DNA of 64,000 bases from IMG/VR virus record IMGVR_UViG_3300025674_000015; one strand, written 5' to 3'. Numbering within the stretch: position 1 is the first letter of the stretch; every line of letters starts with the position of its first letter. The DNA is from a virus. Made by a program: the position numbers and the translations under genes. Below are positions 37,524 through 46,018 of the stretch, one piece after another. The notes under the pieces are model-generated. The model did not search any database. It was not told the origin of the DNA and worked only from the letters and a program-made list of their open reading frames with translations.

Positions 37524-38210
37524 ATGAATTCAAACACAATTAGAGACATTAGGCAGTTTTTGGCAGGCGGGGTTGATGAAACAGCGGCCTATTCCCAAAC
37601 AGACTGGATAATGCGAAAGATTACTACTAGGTTCCTCTTAGAGCAGGCTGTTTACATTTCTGGTGCCTCCGAGCATATCTGTTTGTTCGAATCATATTAT
37701 CTAAGAGCAGACGATTATGATGAGGGGTTTCTAGATAGCGGTGCTAGGATGTTTCAGTCTAGAAAAGATTATGAAGATGCCAAGCAGAGAGAGTATTATG
37801 GAAATTTTGAGAAGATACCCCATTTTTACGTAGTTGATGGAAAGATCTTGGGGCCCGTTCGTCGAGGTAGAGAAGAAAAAGAGCATAGCATTGAAGAAGC
37901 GTTGAGTTTGATCTTCCCGGAATTACCAAAAAAGGTGCTTGTTTATACTGGTAGTCCTGAAAGTGACGGCTTTTTCTTAGATTTGACAAAAACCTGTGAA
38001 GAATTGAGTCAAAAACTGGCAGACGAAGCGCATGAACGTTTTGGTGGGGACAGTGATTGGTATAAGGACTCGTGTTTGGGATGTCTCAAAATTATTAAGT
38101 CCCATATGTATTACTTTTCGCCCCGCCATAGGAGTGGCCAGTGGAATGTTACTCCCTACAAGCACGGCATAGCAGAAAAACAAGTATTTTATTGGAAATT
38201 CGTAGAGTAA
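37524..38210 (+). CDS. Hypothetical protein
   Basis: AGGAGG SD; 228 aa. Confidence 0.6.
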   Translation: MNSNTIRDIRQFLAGGVDETAAYSQTDWIMRKITTRFLLEQAVYISGASEHICLFESYYLRADDYDEGFLDSGARMFQSRKDYEDAKQREYYGNFEKIPHFYVVDGKILGPVRRGREEKEHSIEEALSLIFPELPKKVLVYTGSPESDGFFLDLTKTCEELSQKLADEAHERFGGDSDWYKDSCLGCLKIIKSHMYYFSPRHRSGQWNVTPYKHGIAEKQVFYWKFVE

Positions 38211-38248
38211 TAGATTTTTCCTAACAAATGATAACAAGGAGACATGTA

Positions 38249-40114
38249 ATGGAAAAAAGTAGTGAGATTTTGAGTGATATCGTGCAGTGGATGAAATATT
38301 CCAAGTACGACGATAATAAGAAAAGAAGAGAGTTGTTTCACGAAGCGGTCAATAGAAACCGCGCAATGCATATGAAAAAGTTTAAACACATTCCGGGGTT
38401 TGAAGAAGAACTTATCAATGCTTATATGACAGTTTATGATAAGAAAGTCCTTGGTTCAATGAGGGCAATGCAGTTCTCTGGTCGCCCTATTGAGATCAAC
38501 CCTGCAAGACAATACAACTGCTCTTATCTGGCAATGGATGATTGGCGAGCCTTTTCCGAGATCATGTTTCTTCTTCTTGGTGGTACTGGTGTTGGCTTCT
38601 CTGTGCAGAACCACCACATTGAAAAGCTGCCAGAGATCAAAAAGCCGATCAAAAGAAAGCGGCGTTATCTGATCGGAGACTCTATCGAAGGCTGGGCAGA
38701 TGCAGTCAAGACTTTGATGAAGTCTTACTTCTCTGGAACCAGCACGATTGTATTTGATTACAGCGATATCAGAGCGAAAGGTGAGCGTTTGATCACTTCG
38801 GGCGGAAAAGCTCCCGGCCCACAACCTCTCCATGATTGCCTCCACAATATCCGAAAGGTTTTGGAAGCAAAAGAAACTGGAGAAAAGTTGACTTCTCTTG
38901 AAGTTCATGATATTGTATGTTATATTGCTGATGCTGTGTTGGCTGGTGGTATTCGCCGTGCTGCTTTGATCTCTCTTTTTGATTTTGACGACGAGCAAAT
39001 GATTAGCTGCAAGGCCGGTAACTGGTGGGAATACGCTCCTCAAAGAGCAAGGTCGAACAACTCCGCAGTTGTTCTTCGCCACAAGATCAAGAAAGAAGAG
39101 TTCTTGAAGTTCTGGGAGAAGATTGAAGCTTCCAACTCCGGTGAGCCGGGTATTTACTTTTCGAACAATGCTGATCGCGGAGTCAACCCCTGCTGCGAGA
39201 TTTCCCTGAAGAGTCACCAGTTCTGTAACTTGACAACTGTGAATGTCTCTGATGTTTATGATCAAGAAGAATTGGAGAAGCGAGTAAGGGCTGCTGCGTT
39301 CATAGGGACGGTTCAGGCGGCGTATACGGACTTCCACTACCTAAGAGATAGTTGGAGGAAGGTTACGGAAAAGGATGCCCTTATTGGCGTTTCTATGACC
39401 GGTATCGCATCCGGTGGAGTGATGAACCTTGACCTTAAAAGAGCAGCGCAAGTTGTCAAAGAAGAGAACGCAAGAGTGGCAGAGATGCTTGGCATCAATC
39501 CTGCTGCTAGAACAACTTGCGTGAAACCTGAAGGAACTGCTTCGATTATTCTGGGAACCTCCAGTGGCATCCACGCTTGGCACGACCAGTATTACATTCG
39601 TCGTGTTCGTGTTGGAAAGAATGAAGCAATCTATCCTTACCTGAAGGAAGTTGCTCCTGAAATGCTGGAAGATGAGTTGTTCAATCCTTCAACACAGGCT
39701 GTCATTAGCGTCCCGCAAAAAGCCCCTGAAGGTGCTATTACTAGAGACGAAGATGTTATGGACATGTTGGAAAGGGTTCGCAAGTTCAACGTTGAATGGG
39801 TTCAAGAAGGTCACAGAAGTGGACAGAACACAAACAATGTTTCTGCAACTGTCAGCATTGGTCAAGGTGAGTGGGAAAAGGTTGGAGAATGGATGTGGGA
39901 AAACCGACACAACTTCAACGGACTTTCTGTGCTTCCCAAAGACCTAGGAACTTACAAGCAAGCACCTTTTGAGTCCTGCACTAAAGAAGAATATGAAAGA
40001 CTTCTTGGCACACTTAAGTCACTTGATCTTTCAAAAGTCGTGGAAGAAGTGGACAACACCGACCTCTCAGGCGAGATTGCTTGCGGCGGTGGTGGGTCTT
40101 GTGAAGTAATTTAA
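38249..40114 (+). CDS. nrdJ: Class II (B12-dependent) ribonucleotide reductase
   Basis: SMRAMQF, YNCS, GGTGVGFSVQ, GGIRRAA, NPCCEI, FCNL, TTCVKPEGT, C-terminal C..G.C. Confidence 0.93.
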   Translation: MEKSSEILSDIVQWMKYSKYDDNKKRRELFHEAVNRNRAMHMKKFKHIPGFEEELINAYMTVYDKKVLGSMRAMQFSGRPIEINPARQYNCSYLAMDDWRAFSEIMFLLLGGTGVGFSVQNHHIEKLPEIKKPIKRKRRYLIGDSIEGWADAVKTLMKSYFSGTSTIVFDYSDIRAKGERLITSGGKAPGPQPLHDCLHNIRKVLEAKETGEKLTSLEVHDIVCYIADAVLAGGIRRAALISLFDFDDEQMISCKAGNWWEYAPQRARSNNSAVVLRHKIKKEEFLKFWEKIEASNSGEPGIYFSNNADRGVNPCCEISLKSHQFCNLTTVNVSDVYDQEELEKRVRAAAFIGTVQAAYTDFHYLRDSWRKVTEKDALIGVSMTGIASGGVMNLDLKRAAQVVKEENARVAEMLGINPAARTTCVKPEGTASIILGTSSGIHAWHDQYYIRRVRVGKNEAIYPYLKEVAPEMLEDELFNPSTQAVISVPQKAPEGAITRDEDVMDMLERVRKFNVEWVQEGHRSGQNTNNVSATVSIGQGEWEKVGEWMWENRHNFNGLSVLPKDLGTYKQAPFESCTKEEYERLLGTLKSLDLSKVVEEVDNTDLSGEIACGGGGSCEVI

Positions 40115-40123
40115 AAAAAGTTC

Positions 40124-40152
40124 TTGACTTTCTGAAAAATATTTGATATCAT
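40124..40152 (+). promoter_or_regulatory. Sigma70-type promoter
   Basis: A-tract, TTGACT-N17-TATCAT. Confidence 0.7.
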
Positions 40153-40268
40153 ATAAAAGTAAAGTTGAAAAGCCACTGGCCATCTCTAGAATGTCTGGTA
40201 GACAATCAACTTATTTCCATACAATCTGGCTAACATTAGCTGGAATTAACACTTAAAGGAGAAATATT

Positions 40269-41759
40269 ATGGAAAACTGTACTGCAACAAACGGATTCTT
40301 TACAATTGAGCTTCCTCCCGATCCTGAAGCAACTCATGAGGTTTGCAAGTCAACGGCCAAGCCGATCACTGCGATCATGGATCTTGTCGACAACTCTGTC
40401 GCTGCTAGAGCAAAGAATATTTACATTGAGTTTTTGAACAAAGATGGCTCAATGGAGACGCAAAAGCAGTATGGAGGCGATAACGACTTGGCTTCGATCA
40501 GTATTATTGACGATGGCAAGGGAATGTCGATGAGTGAATTGCAGAAAGCAATGCAAATTGGCGGCTCAAAGAATGGTAAAAACTACCAGTCACAGTCAAA
40601 ATGGGCAACCGGCTTGAAAACTTCCGGTGCTTTTTTGGGAAACAGATTGACCATTCTTACAAAAGTGAAGAATGAAGAAGGCAATGTTTCATATTCGCAG
40701 TCGGTATATGATATTGAGAAAATGAACCAGATTGGAAAGTGGTGTGTTTCTTTTACCGCTGACTCGGCAGTTATTGATAAAGACCTCAAAAGAAGGTTGG
40801 ATTCCAAAGCAAAGAAGTCAGGAACGATCGTTCATATTGATCTTTTGTCTGACAAGTGCTACACAAAGATTACTTCTGCTCGGGCAGCTACACTGGGCGT
40901 AGCGGATAGAAGCCCGCTAGGGCTTCGATATGGCTTTCAAATGATGGAAGGGATTACTTCGCAGCGAAAGAAGATCAAGGTGAATGGTGTTGATGTTAAG
41001 GGTCGTTCTGTGTTTCCCAAGGGTGGCTCTATGGTTGTTCGAAAGAAAGAAGTTTCTTTTAAAGGGGTTAAATATGTAATTCATGCTTCTGTCTTGCCAT
41101 TGGGCCAAACCGCCGGCTTTGGCGAGACAGGCATCTTTGTAAGAAGGAACAATGTTGTTTTGGACAATATTGGGCTCATGAGTAAAAAGCATGGCCCGGG
41201 TCAAAGAACAAACCACATGACTATCTTGCTTGATGTCGATGGAAAGTTTGATGATTATTTGACACCAGACATCAGCAAGAACAAAGTACGCTGGGATGAG
41301 AACTTTTCCAAGCACTTTTTTGATATTGATGTTTGGAAGACTGTTTTGGCCCCGACCATCAAAGAAAGAGAGAATTTCGAAAAAGAAAGCAAAAGAGACA
41401 AGAACGCAGAACGTGCCGCAAAACACTTTGAGAACATCTCACAGCGCGTGGCAAAGAATGGAAGTGTTCTTGGCGTAGAACCTGAAAACGTAGTCAGCTT
41501 CAAGCTAGATAGGAACAGTCACCTTCCTTCTACAGCAGAGTACAAGTTTGAAGAAAATTCTAACTGCCTCTGGTTCGGAGAGGCTTCGGATGTCAACAAG
41601 GTGTTGGCCGGTAGAAGCGAAGAAGTGAAAGCTTTGTTCTATTCTCTTTTCTCTTGTTACGCAAACAACCACGATCTTTCATTGAGCAACAATGAAGACG
41701 CACAGAAGGTGTATGACTTTTTGAACGAAACAGCGCAGTTCTTTTCTCAAATTTCATAA
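40269..41759 (+). CDS. GHKL (MORC/HSP90-like) ATPase domain protein
   Basis: AIMDLVDNS, IIDDGKGM, GLKT, SGT.V. Confidence 0.8.
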   Translation: MENCTATNGFFTIELPPDPEATHEVCKSTAKPITAIMDLVDNSVAARAKNIYIEFLNKDGSMETQKQYGGDNDLASISIIDDGKGMSMSELQKAMQIGGSKNGKNYQSQSKWATGLKTSGAFLGNRLTILTKVKNEEGNVSYSQSVYDIEKMNQIGKWCVSFTADSAVIDKDLKRRLDSKAKKSGTIVHIDLLSDKCYTKITSARAATLGVADRSPLGLRYGFQMMEGITSQRKKIKVNGVDVKGRSVFPKGGSMVVRKKEVSFKGVKYVIHASVLPLGQTAGFGETGIFVRRNNVVLDNIGLMSKKHGPGQRTNHMTILLDVDGKFDDYLTPDISKNKVRWDENFSKHFFDIDVWKTVLAPTIKERENFEKESKRDKNAERAAKHFENISQRVAKNGSVLGVEPENVVSFKLDRNSHLPSTAEYKFEENSNCLWFGEASDVNKVLAGRSEEVKALFYSLFSCYANNHDLSLSNNEDAQKVYDFLNETAQFFSQIS

Positions 41760-41778
41760 CACAAGCAAACTTTAACTA

Positions 41779-41821
41779 TTGACAAAGACCCCTACATTTG
41801 TTATAATGTAGGGGTCTTTTT
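41779..41821 (+). terminator. Terminator hairpin overlapping a sigma70 promoter
   Basis: 15-bp stem 41784-41798/41805-41819 with T-tract; TTGACA(41779)-N17-TATAAT(41802). Confidence 0.75.
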
Positions 41822-41837
41822 GTTTAAGGAGAAAAGA

Positions 41838-42719
41838 ATGAGCATCGATATAAAACACAAAGAAGGTATACAATTTCTGGAAGAGGTTAAAACTAACTCT
41901 GTGGATCTGATCTTGACAGATCCTCCTTATATCACTTCTAGAGATACCGGCATGGATAGATGGGTTGATTTTGTTAAGGAAGTCAAAGAGTCCGGAGAGA
42001 ACATCAAAACAGAGGAAGAGTGGGATGAGTGGTTTAAAAACACATCACTGGATTTTTCTAATGAAAAAAAGCTTGAGAAGGCAAAAGAAAACTTTTTGAA
42101 ATATGGCTCTGTCTATGGTGAAAAGTATGCTGTTCGAACAAGCTATGGAAAGTGGGATGAAGATTTCACTCTAGAGAAAATGCAAAACTTTGTTACACAC
42201 TTCTACAGAACCCTTAGAAAAGGTGGAACTGCTATCATCTTTTTTGACATTTGGAAGATCACACCATTGAAAGAAATGATGGAAGAAGCAGGATTTAAAC
42301 AAATCAGGTTCCTAGAGTGGATTAAAACAAATCCCCAGCCCTTGAACAGTAGTCGCAATTATTTGACAAACTGTAGAGAAGTGGCCCTGTTGGGTGTTAA
42401 GCATGGTAGTCCCACGTTCAATAGTAAGTACGATAACGCTGTTTACTATGAAGATGAACTTTATAAGTTTCCGATTCAAGGTGGCTCAAAGAAGGAAAGG
42501 TTTCATCCAACTCAAAAAAGCTTGCCTTTGTTTGAGGCTTTGATTGAAAAACATTCAAATGAAGGTGATTTAGTTTTGGATTCTTTTTCAGGTTCTGGCA
42601 CAACAGCAATCGCCAGCTTGAAAACAAAAAGAAACTTTGTTGGATGCGAATTGAACAAAGACTTTTATGATAAGTCTATAGAAAGATTGAAAGCTCATGC
42701 AAACAAGGAGGAAAAATGA
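41838..42719 (+). CDS. N6-adenine/N4-cytosine DNA methyltransferase (beta class)
   Basis: LILTDPPY, HPTQK, VLDSFSGSGTT, GCE. Confidence 0.93.
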   Translation: MSIDIKHKEGIQFLEEVKTNSVDLILTDPPYITSRDTGMDRWVDFVKEVKESGENIKTEEEWDEWFKNTSLDFSNEKKLEKAKENFLKYGSVYGEKYAVRTSYGKWDEDFTLEKMQNFVTHFYRTLRKGGTAIIFFDIWKITPLKEMMEEAGFKQIRFLEWIKTNPQPLNSSRNYLTNCREVALLGVKHGSPTFNSKYDNAVYYEDELYKFPIQGGSKKERFHPTQKSLPLFEALIEKHSNEGDLVLDSFSGSGTTAIASLKTKRNFVGCELNKDFYDKSIERLKAHANKEEK

Positions 42720-42979
42720 AGCCGTTAAACAGACATTATTTGGTTAAGAAAGAAGACAAAAAGAAAGAACAATCTGCTGTTCTTCTTCCGGACAATTACA
42801 GAAAGGAAGAAGATCCCCTAGTTGTTGTGGAGATTTTGGACGCTAGTGACAATTGTACAACTAGTGTCCCAGTTGGTTCTAAAGTTGTTGTAGAGAAAAC
42901 AATGATTAGAGAAGTTAAAGCATTGGGTGAAACTTATCACCTGATTCAAGAAAATTATCTTTTGGGGGTGGTTCAATGA
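42716..42979 (+). CDS. Co-chaperonin GroES-like
   Basis: MKPLN..YLV, VLLP, VGSKV, YHLI.EN..LG. Confidence 0.75.
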   Translation: MKPLNRHYLVKKEDKKKEQSAVLLPDNYRKEEDPLVVVEILDASDNCTTSVPVGSKVVVEKTMIREVKALGETYHLIQENYLLGVVQ

Positions 42980-43263
42980 AGGTGGGAGATGTTGTATACA
43001 CAATCTATTCAACGCATGTTCTTCGCTTTGGGAGGATTACCGGTACAACCACTAGGGAAGGTTGGAACGGAGAAAACTTCACTGATTGGAAATATTATGT
43101 TGTGGATTGGTTTCCAAATAAGCAATTTCAAAAATGCTTTGAGGAAGCAAAGGTGGGGTTTTATGAATATTACCAAGCAAAGCCAATTAGGTGTGATAAT
43201 GTTTACCCTGTTGACGAAGATATGAAAAACCTTTTGAGAATGGCACTGGGAGAAGAAAATTGA
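42976..43263 (+). CDS. Small SH3/KOW-like hypothetical protein
   Basis: MKVGDVV...G.I...Y.V.W. Confidence 0.5.
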   Translation: MKVGDVVYTIYSTHVLRFGRITGTTTREGWNGENFTDWKYYVVDWFPNKQFQKCFEEAKVGFYEYYQAKPIRCDNVYPVDEDMKNLLRMALGEEN

Positions 43264-43976
43264 AATATTCTAAATCAATTGAACTGTACGGAGACGGCAT
43301 TGGCAAAGTTGAATTTGTTGAACATATGGGAACCGACCTTACAGTCGTCAACTCTGCTCGCGTGAGCTTTGGCAAACACAAAGAGATTATGGATCTGAAA
43401 GATCAAAAGTTGATCAAGTATTTGATCAAGCACAAGCACACTTCCACTTTAGAACACAACAATGTTACGTTTCGGTTTAAAGTTCCGCTTTTTGTCCGTT
43501 CACAGCATCATCGCCATCGTACTTGGAAGTACAATGAGATTTCCAGAAGATACACAGACTTCAACATTGAGTTTTATGAGCCGACCCAATTCAGAACTCA
43601 ACATAAGTCTAACAGGCAAGCTAGCAATGAAGACGAACTGGTCAACCCCAATGTTTACTCAAAAGAGTTTGGATATGCTGCCCCTGCCAATTTGATTATT
43701 CAAAGGCATCATGAGAAGTCACTGAAACTTTTCAATGAATTGATTGACAAAGGCGTTTGTAGGGAACAGGCAAGAGGAGTGCTTCCTCAAAATATGTACA
43801 CAGAATATTATGGCACAGTCGATCTAAATAATCTTCTTAAATTCATTGGCCTTCGCACACACGAAGGAGCACAATGGGAAATTCAAAAAGCAGCCGAAGC
43901 TTGTTTGGAGATTGCAGAAGACCTTTGGCCCGTTACTGTTGGAGCATATAGAGAGATCAACAAAGAGGATAAATGA
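43260..43976 (+). CDS. thyX: FAD-dependent thymidylate synthase
   Basis: SARVS, H.S.LEH, RHR...NEISRRY, EQAR.VLP, LR...AQWEI. Confidence 0.97.
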   Translation: MKYSKSIELYGDGIGKVEFVEHMGTDLTVVNSARVSFGKHKEIMDLKDQKLIKYLIKHKHTSTLEHNNVTFRFKVPLFVRSQHHRHRTWKYNEISRRYTDFNIEFYEPTQFRTQHKSNRQASNEDELVNPNVYSKEFGYAAPANLIIQRHHEKSLKLFNELIDKGVCREQARGVLPQNMYTEYYGTVDLNNLLKFIGLRTHEGAQWEIQKAAEACLEIAEDLWPVTVGAYREINKEDK

Positions 43977-44854
43977 GAGTACGTGATCATGTATACAAAT
44001 ATGACAAAGTTATTATTGGCGTTACTTTGTCATCTCTCTTATATTCTTATTACCACAATATTCCTATAATCTCTTCGCCTCAAGTGTTCCCGTTTTACTT
44101 TGAGAAGTTAAAGTACAAAAAGCACTTTTCGAAAGTGTTTGGTCTTAATTTTGAATATGAACTGGAACTGTTTCAACATCTTTTGTTCTTTCTTTCTATT
44201 TCCGGAAACCTTCCATTTTCTGATAAAGTTACAAACATTGAATATGAAGATGGAGAATTGCATGTGATAACAGGAAACTTAGCTACCAAAGTTATTGCGG
44301 AAGAGATTTTGATCTTTGATGTGCGGAATGTAGCTTTGCCTACTTCTCCGGTTCGCATCGCAAAGAAAAAGTACAAAGTTATTGACTGGGTTAGTGTGCG
44401 CTCTGGGATGGCTCATGATGTTGAGGAGTATAAATCAAAAGATAATTTTATTAAAGAGATCATCTTTTATAATTCTTTTAGAATCATGGGCAACCATCCT
44501 TATAAGGATTTAGTAGCAATCTCTTTCTTAGAAGCGGAGGAGCTTGAATTGATAGAATATTCAGAGATATACGCACGGCTTAAAATTTTAGATATTATGA
44601 AAAGTCTAGGAATAAAAGGAACTAGCCATGGCCGAGACGTTAACAATCCGGAGAGGATCATAAGAAAGGCTTTGAAGATAGAGATGGCAGAGAGAGAGGT
44701 CTTTTGTTTGACAAAAGATCTTTACGAAGACTTTGACAATGTTAGTTTCATTGACGTTGATTTAGATTATTTCCTTCCTTTGAAGAAGAAAAAAGGTTAT
44801 ATTGACGTTTTTGAGGAAAGGTTTTTTGAGGTTAACGGTGGAAGGCAAAAATAA
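43973..44854 (+). CDS. Hypothetical protein with degenerate Rossmann-like N-terminus
   Basis: YDKVIIG...L.Y. Confidence 0.5.
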   Translation: MRVRDHVYKYDKVIIGVTLSSLLYSYYHNIPIISSPQVFPFYFEKLKYKKHFSKVFGLNFEYELELFQHLLFFLSISGNLPFSDKVTNIEYEDGELHVITGNLATKVIAEEILIFDVRNVALPTSPVRIAKKKYKVIDWVSVRSGMAHDVEEYKSKDNFIKEIIFYNSFRIMGNHPYKDLVAISFLEAEELELIEYSEIYARLKILDIMKSLGIKGTSHGRDVNNPERIIRKALKIEMAEREVFCLTKDLYEDFDNVSFIDVDLDYFLPLKKKKGYIDVFEERFFEVNGGRQK

Positions 44855-45764
44855 TATAAGGTCTTTTCATTTAGCTGGAATAATTCCAATTGGAGATAGG
44901 CCAAGAGATTTTAACTTTCAATGGCATGACTCTTTGATGCCTGTTGGGAGAAACTATACAGCACTAGAAAACGCGGTACAGGAGTGTGCTATGGCCGGCT
45001 GCGAGACAATATGGATTGTCAGCCACATGGACATGCAACCTTTGATACGCGAAAGAATAGGAGATTGGATATATGATCCAGTCACAGTAGTGTCAGATTA
45101 CAGGAAGAGAGCTAAAGAGATCAGAGAGATACCAGTGTATTATGTCCCAGTTCATCCAAACGACAAAGATAGGAGAGATTGCTTGTCTTGGTCTGCATTG
45201 TATGGAGTTTTATCTGCTTTTTTGGTTTGCGCTAAGATAAGCAAATGGGTCATTCCGGATAAGTATTATATCTCTTTTCCATATGGTATGATTGATTTAG
45301 AAGTGGTGCGAAAAAGCCGTTCTTTGATTACATCAAAAAGAAACTTTTACTTTAAATATGATGGAAACACAGTCAAGGACGGCTCTTATTTAAGTTTTAC
45401 AATCGGCGGGGATGATTACTTGGAATTAAGAAAGAAATTCCGAGAAGAATCAATCAACTCTTATAGAGATGGAGGAATTTACGTCCCTGTGGATGAACAA
45501 TATAATGCCCGGTACTTTACAGTCAAAGATGTGTTTAAACATCTTAAGCAAGGCAAGAAAGACAACTATGTTGATCTTGATTGGTATTATTATATTGGAG
45601 ATTGGGAATCTTATTGCAATTTTTTAGGCTCACCAGAGCGTTCTCATTTTGTAAGAAGAGAAGATTTTACTTATAATGAATGGAACCCTATAGGAGAAGA
45701 CAATGAAGAAGGTAGTGAAGTTGGCCCTAGAGACAATACAGGAGATGAAGATGGGGAATTTTGA
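44802..45764 (+). CDS. Nucleotidyltransferase-like protein (start uncertain)
   Basis: LAGIIP...LMPVG...AV.EC..AGCETIWIV resembles NDP-sugar pyrophosphorylase N-terminus. Confidence 0.55.
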   Translation: MTFLRKGFLRLTVEGKNNIRSFHLAGIIPIGDRPRDFNFQWHDSLMPVGRNYTALENAVQECAMAGCETIWIVSHMDMQPLIRERIGDWIYDPVTVVSDYRKRAKEIREIPVYYVPVHPNDKDRRDCLSWSALYGVLSAFLVCAKISKWVIPDKYYISFPYGMIDLEVVRKSRSLITSKRNFYFKYDGNTVKDGSYLSFTIGGDDYLELRKKFREESINSYRDGGIYVPVDEQYNARYFTVKDVFKHLKQGKKDNYVDLDWYYYIGDWESYCNFLGSPERSHFVRREDFTYNEWNPIGEDNEEGSEVGPRDNTGDEDGEF

Positions 45765-46017
45765 TTTGAGTGACAAAGTTTACGATAAAGTAGTGAATGC
45801 GGTAAAGCTAGACGCGGATATGCCCAGAGCTTACTCACATTTGACACTGAGTCAGCAAAAATTAGTTGACTTGATTTGTGAAGAGTGCTATAATTCGGTT
45901 ATGATTCAGACAAAGATTGATCAGATCGAAAAGAAGATCGAATCAATTAACCTTTCAGTCACAACAATGGAAGAGACACTTCTAAAGATAGAAACAAAAC
46001 TAAACACAGGAGAGTAG
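45703..46017 (+). CDS. Hypothetical coiled-coil protein (start uncertain)
   Basis: ORF fills the gap before dnaE. Confidence 0.45.
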   Translation: MKKVVKLALETIQEMKMGNFDLSDKVYDKVVNAVKLDADMPRAYSHLTLSQQKLVDLICEECYNSVMIQTKIDQIEKKIESINLSVTTMEETLLKIETKLNTGE

Positions 46018-46018
46018 A

